A stretch of 64,000 nt of DNA, taken from contig DYEQ01000030.1 of the NCBI GenBank assembly GCA_020725645.1, positions 2,863 to 66,862 of the forward strand, given 5' to 3'. The position numbers and the translations under genes are program-made. Below the pieces are notes generated by a model. It made no database searches and had not been told where the DNA came from. It saw only the letters and a program-made list of their open reading frames with translations. Origin of the DNA: Candidatus Fermentithermobacillaceae bacterium (GTDB lineage Bacteria; Bacillota; Sulfobacillia; Fermentithermobacillales; DUSS01). Below, one piece after another: positions 29,435-38,593 of this stretch (the stretch's first letter is position 1; every line of letters begins with the position of its first letter).

Positions 29435-31159
29435 TCATGACCCGGACCCCGAGGTCCAATTGGTCAGGTACCGGTCCACCCTTGAGGCCGCCACGCGCTG
29501 CGCCAGAGCGAATATCCCTGCCGCCATCAGTAACAGAATTCCGAGGCTCACCCAAAGAGCGCTCGAACCGAGGCACCTGCTAGCCCACTTGAATCCGGGA
29601 AGAAGCAACACGAAAGCCATGCCCGCGACCAGGCCCACCGAGCCCAACATGTTCATCAGGAGCTTCCCGGCGTTCTTTCCGCTGCTCTTCGTTTCTCCGA
29701 ATGCAATCCTCAGGGTGAAATCGGGAAACAGAGAGTCGAGGAGTACCTGGAACGCCGATACCGCGAGCACCATAGTCAGAACCACGAGGAGGCTCAGCCA
29801 CATAGGATACATGGAGACGCCCCCGACGATCTTCACCCCGAGCACGTACGCCACGGCGAGAACCGCGCCGGCCGCAAACGCGTAGGCCATCTTCGCCCGG
29901 AAAACTTCCTTTCCGGTGCACGGCTGGCAAGCTAGAAGCCAGAACCGGGAAGCTTCAAGACTCAGAGATACCCCTCCCATCTGGCCGACGCTTACGGCAG
30001 CCATGAAGGCGGGCATCACCAGCATCATGCCTCGCTGTATCGCGAGACGTTCGGCCGTATCCGGCGCATCGCCCTTCACATTTAGAACGAAGAACACCAG
30101 CACGACCACACCCACCAGGAGGTTATACCAGGTCATGGGGTCCCTAAACATGAGGGTCAGGTCCTTCTTGAGAAGCGCCCACGAAACCCCTTGCAAACTC
30201 CTGCCCAATGGAGGACGGGTGTAACGGGCACCGGGTCTGCTACTGGCCCTGACACCGGCTCTCTTAATTGGAGTGCCCTCTTCCGATGCGCCGGACCACC
30301 CTCGCAAGAACTGTTTGCCTGCCACCGCCACCGTCAGCCATGTAAAGCTGAGAGAGGTAAAAGCCAGCGCAAGAGCTCCCGGCAAAGCTTGTACCCCGAA
30401 CCCGGGGACCAGACCCAAGCTCATGTTCACGAGCCAGGTCGACGGCAGGTACCGAAGCTGCGTGAGAGACATTGAGCCTAACTGCTGGAGACTGTCAAGA
30501 ACGTTAGCCTCCGCCATTTTCCTCGATGCAATTTGAGAGATCAGGACGACTATGAGGCCGAAAACCGCCCCCGCGGTGATGGTCAGTTGTTTCATTCGCC
30601 GGCCGGGTATATATCCCATGACTGCCACCATCATTAAAGACACAGTGGAGCAGGCGAGAAGCGTCGCCAGGGCAACGCCTGCAAGGGCAACCGGATAATA
30701 GAAAAGCGGAGCCTGCCGGGCCACTCCGTATGCTACCCAGACCGGCCCTGTAAACATGAGATTTGTTAGCAAGACTTGAACGTACGCGCCGAGAAACTTG
30801 GATGCGAAAACGGTTCCAATGGGAATCGGTTGCGACAGGAGGAATGGAAGGTCACCCAACTCATAGAGCATTCTGTATATCATCTGCATCTCGGTGACGA
30901 AAATCATCACGAAAGCGAAGATGGCGACCACGTTTAAGAGATTGAAATCCAACACGTTGCGAAGACCCGGGAACGCCTGTAACTGCACCTCGGTAAAGGT
31001 GAAGAGCTTTCGGGCGCCGTAAAATATTCCTACGACCATTGCAATACTCAGTGCCCACAACAATGCGGTCAGTATTAATCCCTTGCGACCCGACCTGGAC
31101 ACGGCCAGGGAACCTTTGACGTCACGTTTTATGATGATCCATAACAGCCGGAAATCCAT
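29435..31159 (-). CDS. putative ABC exporter permease
   Basis: About 12 TM helices in two halves; FLLSQPI...VFASKF and LLKKDL..MFRDP. Confidence 0.85.
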   Translation of the reverse strand: MDFRLLWIIIKRDVKGSLAVSRSGRKGLILTALLWALSIAMVVGIFYGARKLFTFTEVQLQAFPGLRNVLDFNLLNVVAIFAFVMIFVTEMQMIYRMLYELGDLPFLLSQPIPIGTVFASKFLGAYVQVLLTNLMFTGPVWVAYGVARQAPLFYYPVALAGVALATLLACSTVSLMMVAVMGYIPGRRMKQLTITAGAVFGLIVVLISQIASRKMAEANVLDSLQQLGSMSLTQLRYLPSTWLVNMSLGLVPGFGVQALPGALALAFTSLSFTWLTVAVAGKQFLRGWSGASEEGTPIKRAGVRASSRPGARYTRPPLGRSLQGVSWALLKKDLTLMFRDPMTWYNLLVGVVVLVFFVLNVKGDAPDTAERLAIQRGMMLVMPAFMAAVSVGQMGGVSLSLEASRFWLLACQPCTGKEVFRAKMAYAFAAGAVLAVAYVLGVKIVGGVSMYPMWLSLLVVLTMVLAVSAFQVLLDSLFPDFTLRIAFGETKSSGKNAGKLLMNMLGSVGLVAGMAFVLLLPGFKWASRCLGSSALWVSLGILLLMAAGIFALAQRVAASRVDRYLTNWTSGSGS

Positions 31160-31172
31160 AGGGTGCGCCTCC

Positions 31173-31952
31173 TCACAGAGATTCCTCGGACTCCAGGTGC
31201 TTAATAAGCTCCTTGTACTCTTCGCCCCCGGTCAGCTTCAGGAACAGGTCTTCGAGGGAGATTTCCTGGTCCGTACCGCCAAGCGCTTTGCACCGGAGCT
31301 CGTCCACGGTTCCAACGGCTATCAGCTGCCCTTCCTGGATGATCCCGATCCGGTCGCACATCCTCTCGGCGATCTCCAGAATATGGGTGGATAAAAAGAC
31401 CGTCCCTCCCCTGTCGGCGAATCGTCGCAGGATGTCCTTCACCAACCTCGCACTTCTCGGGTCCAGACCGACGGTGGGTTCGTCGAGGAACATAACTTTG
31501 GGCTCCCCCAAAAGAGCCTGGGCGATGCAGACCTTTTGCCTCATCCCGTGGGAGTAGCTTCCCAGCAGGTCGTCAGCGCGCTCCTCGAGACCGAAGAGGG
31601 AAAGAAACTCGGAAATGCGGCTCTCGCACTTCGACGGCTCAATCCGCCGTATGTCTCCGACGAACCTAAGAAACTCCCTGGCCGAGAGCTTTTCGTATAC
31701 ATCGGGAGAATCAGGCACATAACCGATTAAGGATTTTGCCTTGACCGGGTACTTGAAGACGTCAACTCCGCATATCTCGGCTGTTCCGGACGTCGGCGAA
31801 AGCATCCCCACTAGCATCTTTATGGTAGTCGTCTTACCCGCTCCGTTCGGTCCGAGGAATCCGAACACTTCTCCGGCCTTAACCTCGAGGTTCAGATTCT
31901 TTACCGCTTCGTTGCTTCCGTATTTCTTCGACAGCTCAATCGCTCTTATCAC
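31173..31952 (-). CDS. ABC-2 type exporter ATPase
   Basis: GPNGAGKTT, YSHGMRQK and LDEPTVGLDP; GTG after AGGAGG. Confidence 0.92.
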   Translation of the reverse strand: MIRAIELSKKYGSNEAVKNLNLEVKAGEVFGFLGPNGAGKTTTIKMLVGMLSPTSGTAEICGVDVFKYPVKAKSLIGYVPDSPDVYEKLSAREFLRFVGDIRRIEPSKCESRISEFLSLFGLEERADDLLGSYSHGMRQKVCIAQALLGEPKVMFLDEPTVGLDPRSARLVKDILRRFADRGGTVFLSTHILEIAERMCDRIGIIQEGQLIAVGTVDELRCKALGGTDQEISLEDLFLKLTGGEEYKELIKHLESEESL

Positions 31953-32087
31953 GGTATAATCCTCCTGTCTGGGGCGTTTGTTACTAGGCGCACCTAAATT
32001 CCCAGTATGGAACCACCACACTCGCGAATCACGAAACGGTCGCGAGGAGGTAACGCATTTGTATCACAATCTTGACTATCTGCTGTT

Positions 32088-32747
32088 TTAGCCGCCGCGA
32101 GTGCGCCCGACCAGGTATTTCTCGGTAAACAACCTCCGGATCTCGGCAACGTCTCCTTCGGGTAAGACTCGAACCCCTCCGAGAATCGTTCCGTAGATCA
32201 GGACCATGGCCGCCTTCTCCACCACCTGACAGACGAGGAAGGCTTCGTCGAGGCCGGCACCTACCGCAACGACGCCGTGGTTTGCGAGGAGAACGGCATT
32301 CCGGTCCTCAAGAGCTTCTACCGCGTTGGACGCAAGCTCCCCAGTCCCGGGCAGAGCATAGCGAGCAACCCGAACGGGCCCACCGACAATCTGGGCTATC
32401 TCCTCGAGGATCGCAGGAATATCCTTGCCGCAAGCAGCTACAGTCGAAGCGAAAACGGAGTGCGTATGGATAACGGCGCCCACTTCCGGCCTAGTTTTAT
32501 ATATCAGCGAGTGCAGCGGCGCCTCCGTGGAGGGTTTCCTTGGACCCGACCATTCACCGGTTTCCAGGTCCACGACGGCCATGTCACCTGGCTCTATCTT
32601 GAGGTAATCCATTCCGCTGGGGGTGATGACCATCCGCTGTACGTCCATGCGGGCACTTATATTTCCCCATGTTCCCAGAACCAGCCCGGCCGCCAGAAGC
32701 TTTTTCCCCGTGTCGCGGATGAGCTGCCTTATCTCCATTTCATCCAT
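32088..32747 (-). CDS. class II aldolase/adducin family protein (FucA-like)
   Basis: GNISAR, ITPSG, PSTE..LH, VIHTHS and LLANHG. Confidence 0.9.
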   Translation of the reverse strand: MDEMEIRQLIRDTGKKLLAAGLVLGTWGNISARMDVQRMVITPSGMDYLKIEPGDMAVVDLETGEWSGPRKPSTEAPLHSLIYKTRPEVGAVIHTHSVFASTVAACGKDIPAILEEIAQIVGGPVRVARYALPGTGELASNAVEALEDRNAVLLANHGVVAVGAGLDEAFLVCQVVEKAAMVLIYGTILGGVRVLPEGDVAEIRRLFTEKYLVGRTRGG

Positions 32748-33104
32748 GGCAATCACCTCGCAAGAGGTCCTTAAGTGCGATGTTCCTTCCTCTACGGTGA
32801 GATTCCTTCACAAACGCCTTACCAATTCGGTGTGACTCTGTTTTCCTTGAAGCTGCCTTTCAAACCCGGTCGAAACGGCGCCCGGGAACAGCACCTTCCC
32901 CTGAACAGTCATTCTCTTCGTGAAACCGTAACCCAGACCTACTTTCACAACGTGCATCTTTCCTCTTAGCCGCCTTTATTCAGCCTCAATTACAGCCCGT
33001 ATCCCCGACTCCACAGGACACCTCGTTTTCGTCAAAGTTCTTTTCGGGTATTCTCATTCAAGACAGGCATAGTGGAACTGCGTAAGGAGGCGGACGGAAT
33101 CGCG

Positions 33105-33995
33105 GTGAGAATAGGACTGGCCCTGCTCGCTTCCGCATTATCCGGTGTACTCGGCACAGCTTCAGGGGGAGCACTTTCGACCCTATTTAACCTTAGGGGA
33201 AGAAACGCACTGGGGTTTCTCCTGGCCGGGGCCGGTGGAGTGATGATTAGCATTTCCCTGATGGAACTCGTACCCGAGGCCATACAGGTCGGCGGTAAAG
33301 CGTTTTCTGCCGCCGGTCTTGTGGCGGGCGCCCTGGTTCTCTTCGCCCTTGACGTCGTCCTGCCTCATGCGCACTCCGCCCGCGGACATCCCGCCAAAGA
33401 GAGGGGCGGACCTCACACCCACAGACCCGGAGGAGGCCAGGGCGGGCGACACCTGCGCGGACCCAGCCACCGAGATCACGGCTATAGCTTTGGCTACCGA
33501 TATGAATGCGGCGGGCAAAACATCGCCGCACGCCACGGCCTCCGGCGTTCGCGTTTGAAAAAGATGGGGGTTCTCATCGGCCTTGGAATAGCTCTTCACA
33601 ACGTACCCGAGGGGCTAGCTATTGGAGCAGCTTACGCTCATGAACCTTCATTGGGTCTGGGAGTCGCGCTCCTCATTGCCCTTCAAAACATCCCGGAGGG
33701 AACAGCAATGGCAGTCCCGCTCGGGGCCGCCGGAGTGCCAGCCCGAAACGTGCTCGCCCTTACGGCGACTGCAGGTCTCCCCATGGCCCTGGGCGCGTTA
33801 GCAGGGGTGCTGCTCGGAAGCATATCCCCGACCATCCTCTCTTTCGCCCTGGGCTTTGCAGCGGGCGCCATGATGTACATCGTCGGGGACGAATTGTTAC
33901 CGGAAGCTCACGAATATGGGACCGGTCACTATCCTACGCTTGGGCTAGTGGCCGGGTTGTTTGTAGGCGTCGTGGCAGGTCTGCTCACGCCTTGA
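33105..33995 (+). CDS. ZIP (ZupT/GufA) family metal transporter; start uncertain
   Basis: IALHNVPEGLAIG, LQNIPEG and DELLPEAH; long His-rich loop. Confidence 0.9.
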   Translation: MRIGLALLASALSGVLGTASGGALSTLFNLRGRNALGFLLAGAGGVMISISLMELVPEAIQVGGKAFSAAGLVAGALVLFALDVVLPHAHSARGHPAKERGGPHTHRPGGGQGGRHLRGPSHRDHGYSFGYRYECGGQNIAARHGLRRSRLKKMGVLIGLGIALHNVPEGLAIGAAYAHEPSLGLGVALLIALQNIPEGTAMAVPLGAAGVPARNVLALTATAGLPMALGALAGVLLGSISPTILSFALGFAAGAMMYIVGDELLPEAHEYGTGHYPTLGLVAGLFVGVVAGLLTP

Positions 33996-34010
33996 CCGGC
34001 GGCCGTCCCG

Positions 34011-34048
34011 GTTCTGTCGATTACCCTCGGACCGAGAGGGAATGAGAC
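34011..34048 (+). repeat. solitary CRISPR-repeat-like element
   Basis: GTTCTGTCGATTACCCTCGGACCGAGAGGGAATGAGAC: GTT start, stem CCCTC/GAGGG, then an 8-nt tail AATGAGAC; about 170 nt upstream of cas6. Confidence 0.55.
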
Positions 34049-34222
34049 AGCATTTCTCCGTCGTGGGTCAAATTCCCTGCCTGTCACTTACGCCCAGCAT
34101 ACAGCCTCATAGGTCGTACCTCCCTGGAAGAGGAAGGAAAAGGGAGGGGAAAGGGAAAAGGAAACGGACGGACCGGCGGTGAACTGATTCCAGGCCGCGA
34201 CCGCTGCAAAGGGGGATTGGCG

Positions 34223-35392
34223 ATGCTGGAGGATCTCCGGTTTGGAGTGTACAGGTTTCTCATGCGCGCAAAGGAGCCGGTCGTCCTGCCCGAATTTAAG
34301 GGAGGAGTGCTTCGGGGTGCTTTTGGGACCGTGTTCAAAAAGATGGCTTGCTCCAGGTCACGAGGTTTGGACAAGGTTATCAATCTGAACGAAGGGCCAT
34401 CGACAAGCGGGACGGGATTCGCGAAATTCGACGATGATTTATCCGAAGATACCGACGTCGAAGTGGTCCAGGATACTGGCGGGACGGAACTTCCGAAGGA
34501 TTCCGCTGGAAAAGAGATCCTTACGCAGGAAAGAAGTTCCGTTCGGCAAGAGAGGCCGTGCCTGCGATGCCCTGTGGCGGTGGGTTGCGTGTATAAAGCG
34601 ATATTCGAACCCTCCCCTCCTCCCGGTTCGGATCGACTTAAGACCCTCGAGGATATCCCCAGGCCTTTCGTCCTCCGGATTCCCCCCGATCCCAGAAGGA
34701 TTCTCAATGCTGATGAACTTCTCATATGGGAGGTAGTGCTGATCGGCAACGCCATCGGAGCGCTACCCTACTTCATCGTATCGTTCAAGGAGATCGGAGA
34801 GATGGGTTTCGGTTTGTGGCATGACGGCCGTCGTTCGAAAGCTCATCTCGAAGCTGTCCACTCGGTGAACCCGTTCGACGGGGGCGCGTTCCGGATATAC
34901 TCGGGAAGTACCAACACCGTCGATCTCTCAAGACACATCGAAATCACGGGGGAAGACATCATGGCCGAAGCCAAAAAACTTCCCCGCGATTTCTTGATGG
35001 TTGAATTCAAAACGCCGACCCGCATGAAATATCAGAGCAGGTACGTACGAGTGCCAGAATTCCATGTCCTCATAAGGAATCTCCTCCGCCGGCTCTCGAC
35101 GCTATCCTATTTCTACCAGGGCAAAGAGGTCAACCTCGATTTCCAGGGCCTTATCTCGAAAGCGTCGAAGGTGAGGATAAACGCCTCGGACCTCACCTGG
35201 AAACCATGGTTGAGATATTCCGGGCGCTCCAAAACCCGGATGGACTTCGGAGGTTTTATGGGCAAAGTGTGGTACGAGGGCCCGCTCGAGGAATTTCTGC
35301 CCCTCTTGGTTTACGGAACCTTATCTAACGTCGGAAAGACAGCCACGTTCGGGTTAGGACAGTATACGTTAGGGAAGTCCCGGAGGCGATGA
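34223..35392 (+). CDS. cas6: orphan CRISPR RNA-processing endoribonuclease (RAMP)
   Basis: LPEFKGGVLRGAFG, C..CP....CVY..IFE, PRPFVL, FKTPTR and the C-terminal Gly-rich loop VGKTATFGLGQY. Confidence 0.88.
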   Translation: MLEDLRFGVYRFLMRAKEPVVLPEFKGGVLRGAFGTVFKKMACSRSRGLDKVINLNEGPSTSGTGFAKFDDDLSEDTDVEVVQDTGGTELPKDSAGKEILTQERSSVRQERPCLRCPVAVGCVYKAIFEPSPPPGSDRLKTLEDIPRPFVLRIPPDPRRILNADELLIWEVVLIGNAIGALPYFIVSFKEIGEMGFGLWHDGRRSKAHLEAVHSVNPFDGGAFRIYSGSTNTVDLSRHIEITGEDIMAEAKKLPRDFLMVEFKTPTRMKYQSRYVRVPEFHVLIRNLLRRLSTLSYFYQGKEVNLDFQGLISKASKVRINASDLTWKPWLRYSGRSKTRMDFGGFMGKVWYEGPLEEFLPLLVYGTLSNVGKTATFGLGQYTLGKSRRR

Positions 35393-35471
35393 AACGGGTC
35401 GCGGCTGCCCTGCAACTGTCCGAGGGCCGAAACAGTACACGGCTGGCGAAATCAGTTTCGAAAGCGATGAC

Positions 35472-35501
35472 GGGGGTCGGGCGGGAAGCAGCCCGACCTC
35501 C
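35472..35501. terminator. hairpin between convergent cas6 and dehydrogenase genes
   Basis: GGGGGTCGGGC-N8-GCCCGACCTCC. Confidence 0.5.
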
Positions 35502-35637
35502 GATCCTTGCCATCCTTGATATGCGGTCTGCAAGATTCGCTTGTTTCCTGGGTACAACCCGTTGCCGGGAAGCGGCGGTACGGAGCCCGCCCACCGTCAT
35601 ACCCGGCTGCCATTCTGTTTCTGAAAACTGCCGCCCC

Positions 35638-36678
35638 TTACATCGTCAGGACCAGCCTGTAAGTCCCACCCGAAGAAGCTCGCCGGAGAGCCTCCTCGGC
35701 CTCGTCCAGCGGGTAAACGTCCTCAATGAGGGACCTGGGTTTGACAAGCCGCGCCGAAAGCAACAAAGCCGCCTGCCACAGGTCTTTATAGTTTTTTCCC
35801 GACGAGCCGGTGATCCATATCCCTGAGCGATGCACGAAATTTGGATCGATGGTGAGCGGAGTTGCGGGATGAGCTGAAGCGAAGAGCATGATACGACCCT
35901 GAGGCCCGACTATCTCGAGTGCATCTTCGTTTGCTTTTCCGTTTCCGATCGCTACTATGACCACGTCGGCACCACGACCGTCGTTCAGCTGCCTTACCTG
36001 TTCCCCCGCTGGTGCTGCCGCAGGGTCGATTACGGCATACGCCCCCAGTTCGAGGGCTTTCTGTCTCCTGAACGGGTCTATTTCACTCACGATGACCTTG
36101 GCACCCCTGAGCTGAGACACCATAACGTTCAACAGTCCCATCGTGCCGGCCCCGATGACGACAACGGTTTCGCCAAGCTGAATATCGAGTTTGTTTGCGC
36201 TTTGGACCACGCATGAAAGGGGCTCGGCAAAGGCAGCTTCCTCAAACGAAAGGTCGCTGGCGACCTTTACGGCCCGGTCCGAGCGTACTACCGAGTATTC
36301 CGCCATACCGAATATCCCGGTGATCCCGGCCACCTGCGGGAGATCGTGACGGCGGGAGCAGGCCACGTCGTGCCCCGTGGCGCAGTAATAGCACTGCCCG
36401 CAAAACATACCCGCACCAAGTACCACGTGGTCCCCGGCCTTCAACGACGTGTTGCAGTCCTCGCCGACCTTTTCGACCACCCCCGACACTTCATGCCCCC
36501 AGCAGCCGGGGTAGGGTAGCTTCAAAATGCCCTTGAATACCCGTTGCTCCATGGTACAAATTGCGCATGCGTGTTGCCTGATCAGGATTTCGCCGCGACC
36601 CGGCTCCGGTACCGGGAGTTCCCGGATTTCCACTTTCTCCGGAGCAACGGTCACCGCAGCTTTCATCGTCTTTTTCAT
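35638..36678 (-). CDS. Zn-dependent alcohol/polyol dehydrogenase (MDR family)
   Basis: CAICTME, GHE, CGQCYYC......C and GAGTMG. Confidence 0.9.
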   Translation of the reverse strand: MKKTMKAAVTVAPEKVEIRELPVPEPGRGEILIRQHACAICTMEQRVFKGILKLPYPGCWGHEVSGVVEKVGEDCNTSLKAGDHVVLGAGMFCGQCYYCATGHDVACSRRHDLPQVAGITGIFGMAEYSVVRSDRAVKVASDLSFEEAAFAEPLSCVVQSANKLDIQLGETVVVIGAGTMGLLNVMVSQLRGAKVIVSEIDPFRRQKALELGAYAVIDPAAAPAGEQVRQLNDGRGADVVIVAIGNGKANEDALEIVGPQGRIMLFASAHPATPLTIDPNFVHRSGIWITGSSGKNYKDLWQAALLLSARLVKPRSLIEDVYPLDEAEEALRRASSGGTYRLVLTM

Positions 36679-38546
36679 TATTCCTTACGCCTTCCTTTCA
36701 TTTTCGCCAGAGTTTCTTTCCTACCAGCGAGGATTTGCGCAACGTCAGCGATGCCCAGGGCGACAAGCTTCCTCTCGTCCGGTATCCCTTCAGAATCCAT
36801 CTCACGGAGCCGGTAGTACTCTCGGAGGGAGCGTTCGAAATCGTATCCAGGGATCGCGTCGAGGATCCTTCTGGGTAGGCGGTCTTCATCCGGCGACAAG
36901 CCGCACAATAAGTTGTAAACGCGTTTCACGTACCAGGTCCTTTCACCGACCTGCCACAGGTCCTCCCAGGACCATGTCCTGCCGGTAGCCGCGCTGACGA
37001 TGGCGGCAAAGGACTCGGGCGGAACGTACATCATGACGTAATTGCACATCACCGCCGAGCTCACCGCACCCGCCTGATTTTGGGAATAGACGAGGCCCTC
37101 TTCGGGACTGGATACCCCGGGATATCGCGATGAGGCGGAACCCTGAAGGTGACAAGCTCCTCTCGGGTTGGTCGCATAGGCGAGGGCACCACCGCCTTTT
37201 GAAGCCTTCGGATGGTGCATCGGAGCCTCAAGACCTTTAGAGTGCATGGCGAACTCCTCGGCGCCACGTCCGATTAGCTTGGCAGCTCGCTTCACTCCCA
37301 TCCCAAGGATCTCACCGAGCCCTCTCTTGAAGGCCATGTCCTCCACCAGTCTTACTACGGTCTCCGGATCACCCCAGGTTAAAGCGGGGGATGTACCGTC
37401 AGCTCCGGGATACCCGGCCCAGTCGCCGCTGAGGAGGCCTTTTTCCTTGCACTCCATGGCGAAAGCTATGGCGCTGCCCGTGCTTATGGTGTCGAGCCCC
37501 AGCCTGTTGCACAGGTCGTTGGCATAGCACAAAGCTTCGGGGTCGGCGAGAAGCGTCATCGGACCGAGGGCGGCGGCGCTTTCGTACTCAGGCGCGGGAA
37601 CCTGCCCCGTGGTCCTGAAAGTCCCCGAATCGATGCGAATGGTTCTTTTGCAAGCGATTGGGCAAGCAAAGCAAGTCCCGGGCTTCACCGGGTAGTTTTT
37701 GGCCAGTTGTATCCCGCTAATCTTCCCGGCGAGATCGAGAAGGTCGTCCCGGCGCCAGTTTTGCATCGGGACATCCCTCATTCGGGCGGCCAGTTCCATG
37801 CCGCCGTTGGTGCCGTATGTGTGGATGAGATCGATGAAACCGTTTTCTTTTGATCTAAATCTCGATCGAAAGGCCTCCAGCTCTCTGGCAAGGAGGTCCG
37901 GAAAACGTGGTTCGATCTTCCTCGTCCCTCTGACGACAATGGCCTTGAGCCTCTTTGAGCCCATGAGAGCTCCCAAACCGGTCCTGGCTGCGACGTGCCC
38001 TCTTCCGTGGACTATCGACGCGACCGGAACCTGGTTTTCTCCGGCAGGACCGATACAGACCACCTGAGAGCCCTTGCCTGCCGCGTCTTTAAGAGCTTCT
38101 TCCGTTTCAAAGGTATCCATGCCCCAAAGTTCGGGACACTCCCTGATCTCCGCGACCCCATCCCGGACCACCAGGAACACGGGAGTCCGGGAAGCCCCGC
38201 GAACAACCACTCCGTCGAAACCGGAAAACCTCAATTCTGCACCCCAGAAACCTCCCGCGCTCGACTCACCCCAGAGGCCGGTCAAGGGGGAACGCCCCGA
38301 TACCTCGAATCTCCCGGCTCCGGGAAATCTGAGGCCGGTTACGGGACCGGTCATGAATGCGAGGGGGCTCTTGGGCGAGAGGGGATCTTCCTCGGGAGAA
38401 AGCTCATCCAAAAGCATCCTGGCGGCGTACCCCGCGCCACCGAGGAACTTCTCTCGCCATTCTTCCCTGGGTTCCTCCGCGCGAATCTCTCGCGTCGTGA
38501 GATCGACAACCAGGATCTTTCCCCACGCCTCTGCTTCGCTTGTCAT
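36678..38546 (-). CDS. aldehyde:ferredoxin oxidoreductase family protein (W/Mo)
   Basis: SPLTG.WGESSAGG, IGPAGEN, GALMGSKRLKA, CFACPIAC, PEYES, LGLDTISTG and RGACH. Confidence 0.92.
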   Translation of the reverse strand: MTSEAEAWGKILVVDLTTREIRAEEPREEWREKFLGGAGYAARMLLDELSPEEDPLSPKSPLAFMTGPVTGLRFPGAGRFEVSGRSPLTGLWGESSAGGFWGAELRFSGFDGVVVRGASRTPVFLVVRDGVAEIRECPELWGMDTFETEEALKDAAGKGSQVVCIGPAGENQVPVASIVHGRGHVAARTGLGALMGSKRLKAIVVRGTRKIEPRFPDLLARELEAFRSRFRSKENGFIDLIHTYGTNGGMELAARMRDVPMQNWRRDDLLDLAGKISGIQLAKNYPVKPGTCFACPIACKRTIRIDSGTFRTTGQVPAPEYESAAALGPMTLLADPEALCYANDLCNRLGLDTISTGSAIAFAMECKEKGLLSGDWAGYPGADGTSPALTWGDPETVVRLVEDMAFKRGLGEILGMGVKRAAKLIGRGAEEFAMHSKGLEAPMHHPKASKGGGALAYATNPRGACHLQGSASSRYPGVSSPEEGLVYSQNQAGAVSSAVMCNYVMMYVPPESFAAIVSAATGRTWSWEDLWQVGERTWYVKRVYNLLCGLSPDEDRLPRRILDAIPGYDFERSLREYYRLREMDSEGIPDERKLVALGIADVAQILAGRKETLAKMKGRRKE

Positions 38547-38593
38547 GATCCTCACCTTCCCGCAACCGGCCTGGAACCGAACGAAGGAAGAGT

